Notes under the pieces: generated by a model
Databases searched by the model: none
Told to the model about the DNA's origin: nothing
Seen by the model: the letters and a program-made list of their open reading frames with translations, nothing else
Position numbers and translations under genes: made by a program
In this document: positions 52,899-64,000 of the stretch, piece by piece
How the letters are laid out: each line of letters starts with the position of its first letter
Position numbering within the stretch: the stretch's first letter is position 1
NCBI GenBank assembly: GCA_951406725.2
Contig: OX597817.1
Span: forward strand, 111,352,001 to 111,416,000
Length of the DNA: 64,000 nucleotides
Origin: Octopus vulgaris
Lineage: Eukaryota
Reading direction: 5' to 3'

Positions 52899-54089
52899 AA
52901 ACACACACACACACACACACACACATAGCCAATAGAACTAGTCTTAGTGTTTTACTGGTGTTTACATTGATCATCCTGAAAGTGAAAGCTTTGAATTTAA
53001 AAACAGGTTTTTAACTTTAAAATATAAGAATGAAATTGAAAGGAATACACATTTCTTTAGCAGTGAAAGTGTGATACAGAAGCTATATAAAGGAAAATAC
53101 TGTCTGATTTGCAGCAGGAATTTAGAAGATATACAAGCAAATAGCACCAATATTGCCAAAAAGGAAGAATATCCAGTTGTTTCTTTGAATGGTCTTAAGA
53201 TTGAGGTGAGATTGGATGAAATAATTAAAACAAAAGAATAAAGACTTCCTAGTGATTGATCAAAAATGAAAATGTCTCCCAGAATGTTTCTTAAGAACAA
53301 GTGCTTAACTTGAGTCTTGTTGAGACGCCAGTTTTTCTCGACATACTTGGATGTTTTAGTATATATTGTGTGGTACACTTAAGTAAATTGAGATATGCAG
53401 AACTGAGAAACCTCATGAGGGGAATCTCTTAAGTTGTCATTTGGCTTGCTAGAAGTAGCAGACAAACTTCCATTGTCTCATCTTACTATTCTGAGAAAAA
53501 ACTGAATGGGGATGGCTGGAATATCTTTGGTCATCAGACTGTTCAATCAAAGCTGATCTGAGACAAACAACTCCACCAAGAAAGCCACTGAAGACTTTTC
53601 AGTAGATAATTCAATACAACGCCAAATAAAAATATCAAGTCATTTTCATAAGTAGAGAAATAACTCTAATATACTGGAATTATTTCAGTTGATTAAATTT
53701 ATTTCCAGACATAAGCATTGTATTTGTATAAATAAGATTACTGAAAACTAGTGAGTGATCTGGTTTCAATCCTTCAATCATGCTATTTTTCATATGTGTA
53801 CATGACACTGGTCCCAGCTCATTCTGCTCAGAAAAAAAAACCCTGAGGTTTATTACATGTTCCAAAGGTTAAATATGATAATAAAAGTTGTGTATTTCAT
53901 TGTGACATTGCAAAGTCAAAACATGGATGAGTTCATTAATCAGTTCTGTTATAACTTGTTCCTTTTCTTGAACAGTTATTTGCATAATACTTTAAAGATT
54001 TCTGAGGCATACTCTTCAAGAAGATTTAAATATTTGGGATGTATTTTAGTTTGCTATTTTATGAATACGGGGTAAAGAAAATGACCCAC

Positions 54090-54850
54090 CTACAAGCAGT
54101 GCAGAGCAACTTTTTGCATCCCAAACCACACTTTGACCAGATGCCCTAGGGCACTGGGAGAAGGCTGATACAAGTGGAGACATGACAAGGTTTTTGCAGA
54201 AATAGCCAAGTGGATTGATCTGCAAAGGTTAAAGGCTAATAAGCACCAACCACCACTACTACTAAAGGGTATCAAATTCCTAAAGAAAGTTGACAAAGCT
54301 CCCAAGGTGAGAGCAATGGAAGGGGACCAATTTTCTATTTTGTATTCAGTTTCAGACTGGGAGATGCAAGTAAACATGAGGGGCAAACTTGCCTTTCCAG
54401 AGAAGATAGTGGTAACCTCACTTGTGCCAGACATATTTCTGCTCCCCAGGAATACAAAAGCAATCTTCGTGGTCAAACACACAGTGCCCTGGTAGGAGAG
54501 ACTTTATATTTCCCACTAGGTAAAGAAATCAGAATATCAACATTTAGTTGACAAGTCTTTTGTCAAGGGCCGGCATATGACCTCATTCTCCTTTGAAGTA
54601 GGCTTACCACCTAGATCAGTATGCTAGTTCCTGCAGAAGATAGGTCTAGAACCCAGACATTTGGAGAAAATTATTGAGGAAATAGGCACAGCAGCTGAAA
54701 CTAGCTCAAGATGACTGTGGTTGATAAGCGACTGAAAGTGGATCCCTTCTGTAGATGAAGACTAGTCTAGTCCTTGGTGCCCCACTCAGGTGAAGTGCAC
54801 AAGCTAAGGGGTAAAACGCTTATGACTTAGAGATACCTGCTGATCATACA
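54090..54850 (+). mobile_element. HERO-like (restriction-like endonuclease) non-LTR retrotransposon 3' relic
   Basis: NHTLTRCPRALGEG*YKWRHDKVFAEIA (zinc knuckle/RHD) and DWEMQVNM..LAFPEKIVVTSLVPDIFL..KAIFVVKHTVPW (like TxLRPDIV..ELTVPW). The 3' limit is approximate. Confidence 0.8.
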
Positions 54851-55095
54851 AAAGAGTTTCCTCCACTGCAATGGATTTAGAAGAGCTTGCAAAACTTTTG
54901 AATAGCTCCTACAGTCTCTACATGGAGCAAAGCATTTCTGATGTTTATTTCACCTATTATTCTAGACATTCCTTTTACCAAGTTATCCATTTTTGTAATT
55001 TAGTTGGCTCTTTTGTGAATTCTATTTTTACTCCTCAAGTTTCTATTCCAGCTATAGACAGGTTTTCTAAAATATGTATTTCCTATTTTCTCACA

Positions 55096-55134
<39 letters not shown>

Positions 55135-57565
55135 AAAATTTTTTTATCTCGTTTGTTACTGTTATTTTCCGTGTCCTGTCCTTTACTGTTTATGTTTTGT
55201 ACTGTCGTTACTGTCCTGTTTTTGTTACCATTTTTACCCCTCCGCAAAAAAATCTCAAATTTTATTTAATTTGATTTTCATGGGAAGGAAAGTTTTATTG
55301 AAGTCATGTATCGCCTTGACCTACAAAACGTGGAGTAGATGAAACTAAGGCGACTGAAGAAGGGGAATTTTCCTTGTTTTGTATGTCCTGTACTCTATTT
55401 TTTCGTTGTTTAAAAGAAATGTCCATTTCCTTGTTTTTGTGTTTATGTTTTCGTTTTTTTGGTGTCCGGTACCCATATATGCATGTATATATACATGTAG
55501 AGGTAGGTACGTACATATATGTATGTATATATGCATATGTTTTATTTATTAATTTATATATATATATATATATATAATGAAACAGAGAGAGAACAAATTA
55601 TTTGGATTGCTCACAGCTTTATATTTTCCTGTCATCTTTTAGACAAAGGACAATTCAGAGATAAGAAAAACGTTTGAGATTCTTCTCTTTTTCTTCTTAT
55701 CTATAATTTATGTCTGTTTACTAATTTTATAATCCCTTAATTTGTAAAACAGGTTTTCTCTTATTGTTATTATCATTCTTTTTGCATTTAACTGTTTTAT
55801 AATCTTAGTTAAATTAAGAATCAAGTTTTTATTTTGACTCCACCCAAAAAGGAACAAGCTGAGCTCATAAAACTTATTAGATTAGCTTCATTTTAGTTAC
55901 TCAACAGTTATTTCATATTTTCTGTTAGGAAGAAATTCAGTTTAAATCTTTTTAGAATCAATTCATCTGCTTATTTTGAGTAAGAAAAGAAAGAGTAGAT
56001 TACTTTTTTCTTCTTTAAATATGAAGCTTTCCTTTCGTAACATGAATTTTAATGCAAATGGTCTCTTTCAAATAGATGTTAGTTCTATTACATTTTGCTT
56101 TGTCAAAAGATTTTTCACTGTGAAAATTGTCTCTCCTGTCTGTTCTGAAGCTTTGGTATTTAGCTATGTTGTTAGAATTTGTCTAGTTATGCTGCTGGGT
56201 TATGTCAGTCTATTGATTTTTTTTAGGACCCTTTGCTGTTGCAATTAGCAGCTATTGTCAGTTTTCTTACAACATATGAAGGTTCAGCCATTAGCTATTT
56301 TATAATAAATCATGCATTGAAGTAAACCCTAAACATACAACATTATTCTTAAATTTTTTGGTGGTGCTAGTAGTGGTGTGGTTGACTTTGGATTATATTC
56401 TGATGTTAGTCAACAAAATTGTCTATTAACTCAAACCAAAGATATATCAAGTTACAGCACACAAACATACTAAAATGAATAATTTAGTTTCATTCATTTA
56501 ATTTCCAAACAGAGAAAAACACCTGGTATAAAAACTTAGTACTTTAGTAAAATTTGCTTTTTAATTAGTACATTTTTTCCACCAAAAATTTGTTAGGTAG
56601 TCTTTGCAAATGAGGAATTAGTTTCTTCTTTACCAGCATGATAAAGCAAATCTAATAAACAATATCTTTAAGAGTGCAATAACAAAAATAATTGATTTGT
56701 GTCAATGTGACAGATTCTCAACCTTGACATTGCAGAATAAATGGTTTATCTCTTACTTCATTTAAAATAAGCTGTCTATCATGCATATATGTACTTTCTG
56801 CATTCTCTTGGAAAATAATGCTTTTTTTGCTTTTATAATATTTCTACATGCATTTTTCATGCAAATTTCTATGGATTTTAGATTTTCCAAAAACTTTTTA
56901 TTTTAATTTATAAAAGACTTATTTTCAGTTTAAGTGTACTTTTGTCTGGAAATATAGCACAGACATGTTAGAACGAATCACTTAATTAGCAAAAACAAGA
57001 TGAAAATGTCCTTAAATATCTTTAATGATGTTTGTGTGTCCAAATATACTAGAACTAATTCTTTTTGACATATTTATGTAATTGTAGCCCCCATAACTGA
57101 ATGGAGAATAGGAGAGAGAGAGAGAGAAATGATTTTAGGTGAGATGATGAGTGTAACATATAAGAGGAACAGATTTTACACATACATGCTCGAATTCATT
57201 TTAACACCCAGTTCGTAAGGTAGCCTCAGCCTATCATCCAGATGCCAAGAATACATCAAATGGATAAATTTCAAGTATCTCATGTAATAAGATGTAGACT
57301 AGATGCTATACTTTATTATGTTACTTTAAGGTTCTGAGTTCAAATCATTCTAGTGTTAATGAAATTTGCATATACCAAGTGTACCTTTGGTATCTTTATT
57401 ATAAAGAAAGGACTACATGAGGAAGAAATCTGTTCATTTCTCATAGTCATGAAATTAGTTTGTAGAACAAACTCTTTTCTTCATTCCTTCCTATATTTAT
57501 TTGTTACAATAGTAAACATTTTTCAGTATAATGTTCTTATCTATTTTTGTTTTTATTCATTCCAG

Positions 57566-57704
57566 ATGTCAACCCCTCACCCTATAAAATCAAGGATTGC
57601 CGATCGCAGTGCTTTGACGAAACAAAAGAAAATTCTTGGACGATCACACAGTATGCCAGAAAACTTAAACAAAATACACAAACGACGCCGAATCCATCCT
57701 TCAG
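57566..57704 (+). CDS. Coding exon of an unidentified multi-exon gene
   Basis: Polypyrimidine tract with ttccAG| acceptor and CAG|GTAATT donor; 139 bp, CpG-containing. Reads MSTPHPIKSRIADRSALTKQKKILGRSHSMPENLNKIHKRRRIHPS. Confidence 0.7.
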
Positions 57705-58249
57705 GTAATTACAAAATTAGGAATGTGTGAAATGAATATAATGAATTATGATAGAAGTAATTCAACAATATTCATATTGAGGGAAGCTGATATGAGTAGT
57801 TAACATTGTTAACTTTAATGATAATGATAGTCATCTCTTAGGAAAGATACAATGCTCTGTACCTATCCATCGTAACTATTTACAGGTAGGTGTCCATTGA
57901 GAGAAGATAGCCTGCTCAGAAAATATCAGAACTCCAGTTGCAAATTGTAAAATACCAACCTTTTCATACATTAACCAACATACTTTTAACCTGGCAAATT
58001 GCAACATTTATGCCAAAATACATGCAAATATTGTAAAAATGATTAAAAGCAACTCTTAAGATTGAAAACTATTTAAAAAAATTGAGGAAGATAATGATTA
58101 AGATGTTATTTCTTACTTAGATATAGCACAGATAAATATATACATATTTATAAAAAGATTGGAAAGAAAATAGAAAGTAAACATGATAATGATAAGATAT
58201 AGTCCTCTATCTAAGTAGACTTGAATTTGTAGCTGAGATAATTGGGATA

Positions 58250-58298
<49 letters not shown>

Positions 58299-58355
58299 GG
58301 GTGTGTGTACAGACTCACACACACACACACATATATATAATTCTACACACACACA

Positions 58356-58545
58356 CATCATCATTATCATTTAACGTCCGCTTTCCATGCTGGCATGGGC
58401 TGGATGGTTTCACTGAGGACTGGCAAGCCAAAAGGCTGCACTAGGCTCCAGTGTGATCTGGCAGTGTTTCTACAGCTGGATGCCCTTCCTAACGCCAACC
58501 ACTCTGTGAGTGTAGTGGGTGCTTTTTACGTGCCACCGGTGGCTG
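58356..58545 (-). mobile_element. Family D RTE-tail short repeat (well preserved)
   Basis: (cat)n-ttaacgtccgctttccatgctggcatggg..cagctggatgcccttcctaacgccaaccact..cgtgccacc. Confidence 0.75.
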
Positions 58546-58549
58546 GCAG

Positions 58550-59830
58550 CGGCATACTTTAAATGAAGGTGGTAAAAGACTAACCAACTTTAAGGAGCAA
58601 AGGCCATTGTAGTAGAAAGAGAGAAATTGTATGTCTATGCGCTTAGGGTTGGAGTGTGTTGGATTGAGATTTCTTGTCAATTATTTCAGTAGTTTTTCTT
58701 TGGATGTTGTTTAGAGTGTCTGTATAACAGCAAAGCCATCTTAGATGGGGTGGGTGGGTGTCAGACAGTACTATATTGTGGCTCTCACTTGAATTTTGTT
58801 GTGTATTAGTAGATGTTGTGAGTTGAAGTATGTTCTGGCTCTGTCAAAGGCTAGTTTTTGTGATACTGTATTTCCTAAACTGAGTGCATTCACCAGGAAA
58901 GTTCCTCAGTAATGGCATTTGTTCTTTATATTCACTACAAGCATATTTGCTGGTATATGGAAGGGTTAATCAATTATGCACACTTTAGATGGTATCTCAG
59001 GATGAGACTCTGACTGTATATTGTTTGCCAAATGTTCTGATTTGTTGTATGAAGTGGTAGAAAACATTTTTTTAAATCTATCTATATTGATTTTGATTTG
59101 CTCTCTTATATTGGTTTTGAATTTTTTATTCTGTGCGTATGATCTTTGTAAGGAGCAATATAAATCTGTTTAAAGGTAAGCCAGTGTTTGTTTGTAATTT
59201 GGAGTCAGAATTACTGTAGTAACAATAATATATTTGTGTTATGTGTACTGGCTGTGTTTGGTGCTGTTGAATGAGACGTGGAGGATATTCTCAAGAAAAA
59301 TAAAGTAGTACAAGTCTGATGTGACATCTAAACTATGGGAGATGATTATGGTGGTAAGGTTATTGAGGATTGAAGGTATCTATCAAGTATGTATTTAATG
59401 TAGAGAATGAATATGTGTGTGACATACTTGAACCCTGAAGTATACAAGAGTTTACAGATTGTGTACCAGATTGGATCATTCTTATTCAAAAGAGGAGTTT
59501 AGTAGAACCCTTGACTAGGCAACATTGCTAGGATGTTTTTGTATCAAATGCATTGTCAAAGATTCTGTTGATATCAAGAAACTGTTGGGGTGTGATTTAG
59601 GATAGACCTTTGGTAGATATAACTCTGTGGAAACTGTACAGGTAGTTGGTCACAGATGAATGGAGGAGACCTTAGATAATACAGAAGGTGGTAGTTTATG
59701 ACTGATTCCATTATCTCTGTGGTGTTGGTAGTAAAAATGATAGGCTTGTAATTAGTAAGGTTTGAGAGGTACATTAATGGGAATGAAGCATACAGCCATG
59801 TGTTCTAAATGAGAGTAGATATTTACAGAG
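58550..59830 (-). mobile_element. Highly decayed Penelope-like RT relic
   Basis: Minus strand KPIIFTTNTTEIMESVINYHL..FPQSYI (like RPII..PTExIS..VDxHL..LPSYI) and a DVTS..LY-like segment near 59310-59330. Confidence 0.4.
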
Positions 59831-61019
59831 AAAGGAGACTGTTGAAGAGTTAAGCAAGGTTAGAGGCCACTTTTGTAGAACACTGTTCATTAGGAAATGT
59901 AAGTGAACATATTCAATTCCAGTAACAGAAACAAGATGTGCTAGATAGCAAGCCTTTGATAAACTTTATATTCAACATGTTTATTTAAACAGCTAGAATG
60001 ATGATTAACAAAAGTTGAACCTATGTTATTTCACTGGATGTCCTATATATGCTCAGTCTGTAAAACTGTGTTGGCTTGAACATCACAAAAATAGTAGAAT
60101 CAACAACTAAGAATGTGGTTGATGAAGTAAACAGTAGCATTTGAGAAAACTAAGAATGCCTTGCATTAGGCAATAATGAGTATAAACAGATCTAAAGTGG
60201 ACTAAATTGGTTTGCCTTAAGGCAGAGGTAAACTCTTGAAATTTCAGAAAGGACCATTTTGTAATGTAGCAAAAGTAATCCAGCTGAGGCCATTCTGTCT
60301 TTTTGGGGTGCATGTAGGACTACATTAGATAATGTGTCCTTTCCTTGTTTAAGATTGGCTGTGACTTAAGGGAGATGTGGCTGCTATTTCTAGTAGGGTA
60401 AACAACCACATAGATGCCCTTTTATTTAGCTGTTGTTGAAGATAAAGTTACTGGACTTTTGGCTGGTAGGATTTTGGTTCAAACCTTACTGGAGATTTTT
60501 AAGGAGAGAAATACTGCTCAGTTTAGTAAAACTGAGGAATTGAGAGTGCAGCGGTGGGGTAAGAAACCCATCAGACATTTTGGCTGGGTAGACTGCCATT
60601 CGATAAGCTCAGCAGAGTTGTCAGCCTCACAAGTAATTATCGAAAAAAGTAATTATTAGAAAACAGTTATTATATGGCAGAATGCAGGAGAAATAACTGA
60701 TTAGTCATGTTGAAAACATTAAAGGAAGAGATAGGCAGACTGAATAGGGGAATGCTATTATCAGATAGCCTGTATTGATTAGGGACAGCAGTGTTCCAAG
60801 GGAACAGTGCAATGGGAGGGAGTTCTACTTTTTCAGATAATATTGGTCTACTTTTGAAAACAATATCAACTAAAAGTATTGTTCAAATTTTTCATTTTGC
60901 TATCTTAAAGTGGAATAGTTTATAAGATTTATTCCTGACAGATATTTGAGGAATATTTAATTTATAGTAGGAGAAAACATTTTTTTCCCTCAAGAAGCTT
61001 TGTTTATAATTTGCTTTTT

Positions 61020-61408
61020 ATGTGTGGTTGTGTGGTAAGAAGCTTGCTTTCCAACTATATGGTTCTGGGTTCACTTCTACTGCATGGCACCTTGTGTCTT
61101 CTGCTATAGCCTTGGGCTGACCAAAGCCTTGTGAGTGTATTTGATTGACAGAAACTGAAAGGAGCCCGTCAAATGTAATATATATATATATGTATTTCAG
61201 TTTGTGTCTATTTGTCCCCACTGTTGCTTGACAACTGATGCTTGTGTGTTTATGTCCCCATAACTTAGTGGTTCAGCAAAAGATACCAATAGAATAAGTA
61301 CTTGGCTTACAAAGAATAAGTCCTGGGGTTGATTTCTTTGACTAAAACCCTTTAAGGTGGTGCTCCAGCATGGCTGCAGTCATTTAGTCTCTAAAAAAGT
61401 AAAAGAAT
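61020..61408 (+). mobile_element. SINE family A
   Basis: Same architecture as 6040-6420. Confidence 0.88.
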
Positions 61409-61559
61409 ATCACCATCTGTGCATCAAACCAAATGTATATACGCTTTAGAAGGCAAAAGGCTGTCGAACTGTCCGAGATAAAAATCTCTTCACAGAGATG
61501 GAATATGTATTAGAGTGCAATGAGCATCATCACTGCAGTGACTCATGAGAGCAACAGTC

Positions 61560-62427
61560 AACAACTGGGATCGATAACATCAACTAATCCCCTTCCCCAA
61601 AATTCAGGCCTTGTGCCAATATTAGAAAACAACAAACTGGTAGAATTGAAAACACATCAGACAAAATGCTCAGTAGAATTTCCTCTGGCTCTTTACATTC
61701 TGAGTTCAAATTCTGCCAAGGTCAATTTTTGTCTTTCATCCTTTTAGGATGAAATAAGTACCAGTTGAGTACTGGGGTAAGTAAGTGACTATCTCTTCCC
61801 CTAAAATTGCTAACTTTTTGCCAAAATTAGAAACAGTTATTATTTGTTAAAACAGTAAGTTTGGGGGTCAATAAAATAAAGTATCAGTTGAGTAATGGGA
61901 CATTGTAATTGACATGCTCCCTCCCCTAAAAATTGCAGGACTTGTGCTAGTATTTGAAGCAGTTTAACCCTTTTGATACCAACTCAGCTGACACTGCCTT
62001 TGGCTCTGTAGTACAAATGTCTTGTTTGCAAAATTTCTGAATTAAAATCATCCACCAGACCTTAATCACAATCTATGTTCCTAACACTAGCTTAATGATA
62101 ACTAAGTTACTTTACTAAATTCTTTGTTATATTTAAAATTAATTGGGAAAAAAAAAAAAAAAAAACACAGAGCATCTCAGCAGAAATATGGTAATGAAAG
62201 GGTTAAAACAATGAGCTGGCAGAATAATTAGAACATTGGACAAAATGCTGAGCAGCATCTCTTCCAATCCTTTATGTTCTGAGTGCAAATCCTGCTGATG
62301 TCAATTTTCCTTTCCATCCTTTCAGGAGTAATAAAATAAACTACCTCTGGAGGAACCAAATCAATTACACTGGGGTTAATGTAATTGATTTGTCTCCTCC
62401 CCTCAAAATTGTTAACTTTGTACCAAA

Positions 62428-62459
<32 letters not shown>

Positions 62460-63990
62460 GACGAGCAGGCAAAATGCTTAGCGGTATTTCATCTGCCATT
62501 ATATTCTGAGTTCAAATTCTGCTGAGGTTGACTTTGCCTTTCATCCTTTCAGGGTCAATAAAATTTGTACCAGTTACACACTGATATCAATGTAATCAAC
62601 TTATTCCCTTCCACTAGAAAGGATTGTTACTATTATTATTAAAAGGCTGCAAGCTGGCAGAATCGTTAGCATGCCAGATGAAATGCTTAGCAGTATTTCG
62701 TCTGCCGTTACGTTCTGAGTTCAAATTCTGTCTTTCATTCTTTCGGGGTCGATAAATTAAGTACCAGTACTTGGGTCGATGTATTTGACTATTCCCCTCC
62801 CCAAAATTTCAGGCCTTGTACCTATAGTAGAAAGGATCATTACTATTATTATTAATCATGGCAGTGACATTCTCACTTCAATCCTGTGTTATTAATATAT
62901 TTGGGAAAAACATGAAAGTCACAACTCAGTACTTCACACCTCAGAAAAATGTCAAATGTCACAGCTGCTAATAACATTATTACAGCTGACAGAGTAAATA
63001 GGACTTTAACTTATTGACAGGACACAGTTTGTATCTCATCACCAGCACTGACAGGACACTTGAACGCTTCATTTTCACTGGCCCATTTCTCCTAGCTGTA
63101 AATAGCTTCTAAAGAAAAATACAGCTAACAGTATCAGGAGCATCATTTAATTGAGGCAAGCGTACTGCTGAATATAAACAGTAAAGTTGCTTTAATTTGT
63201 TAGTATGGAAGGGCAGTCTCTGGACATCAATAGGGTTAATTATCTATCGCTCTAAAAAATATATTCCATAATTAGTCATTTGATTCTAAATTGGCACAAG
63301 GAACAAATTCATAAAATATATGGTAATTTAAAATGACCTCAGTATGACTGGCTCTTATTTTATCAACTTTGGTGGGATAAAAAGCAACCTTGATTCTGGC
63401 TGGATTTGAACTCAGAACATAGAGAATATAAAAACTAAGCACTACAACTCCTTAGTTTGTTGCTCTACCACTTCACTACATTTGTTGTTGTTGTTGTTAC
63501 TATTATTATTATTATTATTATTATCATTATTATTATGGCGAGCTAGCAGAACCGTTTGCATGCTGGGCAAAATGCTTAGCGACATTTCGACCATCTTTGC
63601 GATCTGATTATATATTCTGCTGAGGTCAATTTTGCTTTTCATCTCTTCAGGGTTGATAAATTAAGTACAAGTTAAAAACTGGGGTCGATTTAATTGACTA
63701 CCTATCTCGCCCAAAATTTCAGGCCTTACGCCTATAGTAGAAAGAATTATTATAAGGCGGTAAGCTGACAAAATGCTTAGGTGTATTTCACCTGTCACTA
63801 TGGGGTCAATGTAATCAACTAGTCCCCACTATCCCCCAAATTTCAGGCCTTGTGCCTTTAGTAGAAAGGGTTATTATTATTATTGATGCTATGGAAAGGA
63901 TAGTAAATTGGTAGAAATAGGAAACCAGATTAGATATATAACAGTATTTGCACTGCTCCTTCTAGGCTCTGGGTTCAAATTTTGAGTTTA
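61560..63990 (+). mobile_element. Dense array of about 9-10 family B SINE copies/fragments separated by (ATT)n
   Basis: Recurrent gctggcagaatcgttagc..aaatgcttagc..ttctgagttcaaattc..gtcaa/gttgactttgcctttcatcctttc.gggtc.ataaa..gtaccag..aaaatttcaggcctt..tagtagaaagg-attattatt. One copy (about 63290-63480) is inverted. Confidence 0.88.
61964..62206. mobile_element. piggyBac-type MITE family 2
   Basis: TTAA-cccttttgatacc ... ggtaatgaaaggg-TTAA. Confidence 0.85.
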
Positions 63991-64000
63991 TAAAATAGAC

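Noticed and set aside
57353-57565. N-terminal part of the 125-aa ORF as coding
   Set aside because: AT-rich intron-like sequence with a polypyrimidine tract. Only the part after the AG at 57564-57565 looks coding.
61560-63990. Regularly recurring motifs resembling a CRISPR array
   Set aside because: Units are ~200-bp diverged SINE copies without unique spacers. The context is eukaryotic and there are no cas genes.

Overview
AT-rich, CpG-depleted, microsatellite-dense animal DNA. Its SINE and MITE families look like those of Octopus (coleoid cephalopod) genomes; this is recognition from memory, not a database result. There is no prokaryote-style gene content, and most ORFs in the supplied track are microsatellite or chance artefacts. 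The window is mostly intronic/intergenic and filled with transposon relics: several SINE families, piggyBac-type TTAA MITEs (one with a nested pogo-like MITE), two mariner relics, two tail-to-tail non-autonomous Helitrons, a solo LTR, and RTE, HERO-like and Penelope-like fragments. One credible + strand coding exon of an unidentified gene lies at 57566-57704. Two CpG-retaining regions (about 14.85-15.14 kb and 43.5-48.4 kb) may mark promoters or first exons. The best candidate for an undescribed system is a Penelope 3' module combining a tRNA-like Pol III cassette with a decayed minimal hammerhead ribozyme (2521-2770); its tail also occurs separately as a TSD-flanked micro-insertion near 31.5 kb. 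None of this proves novelty.
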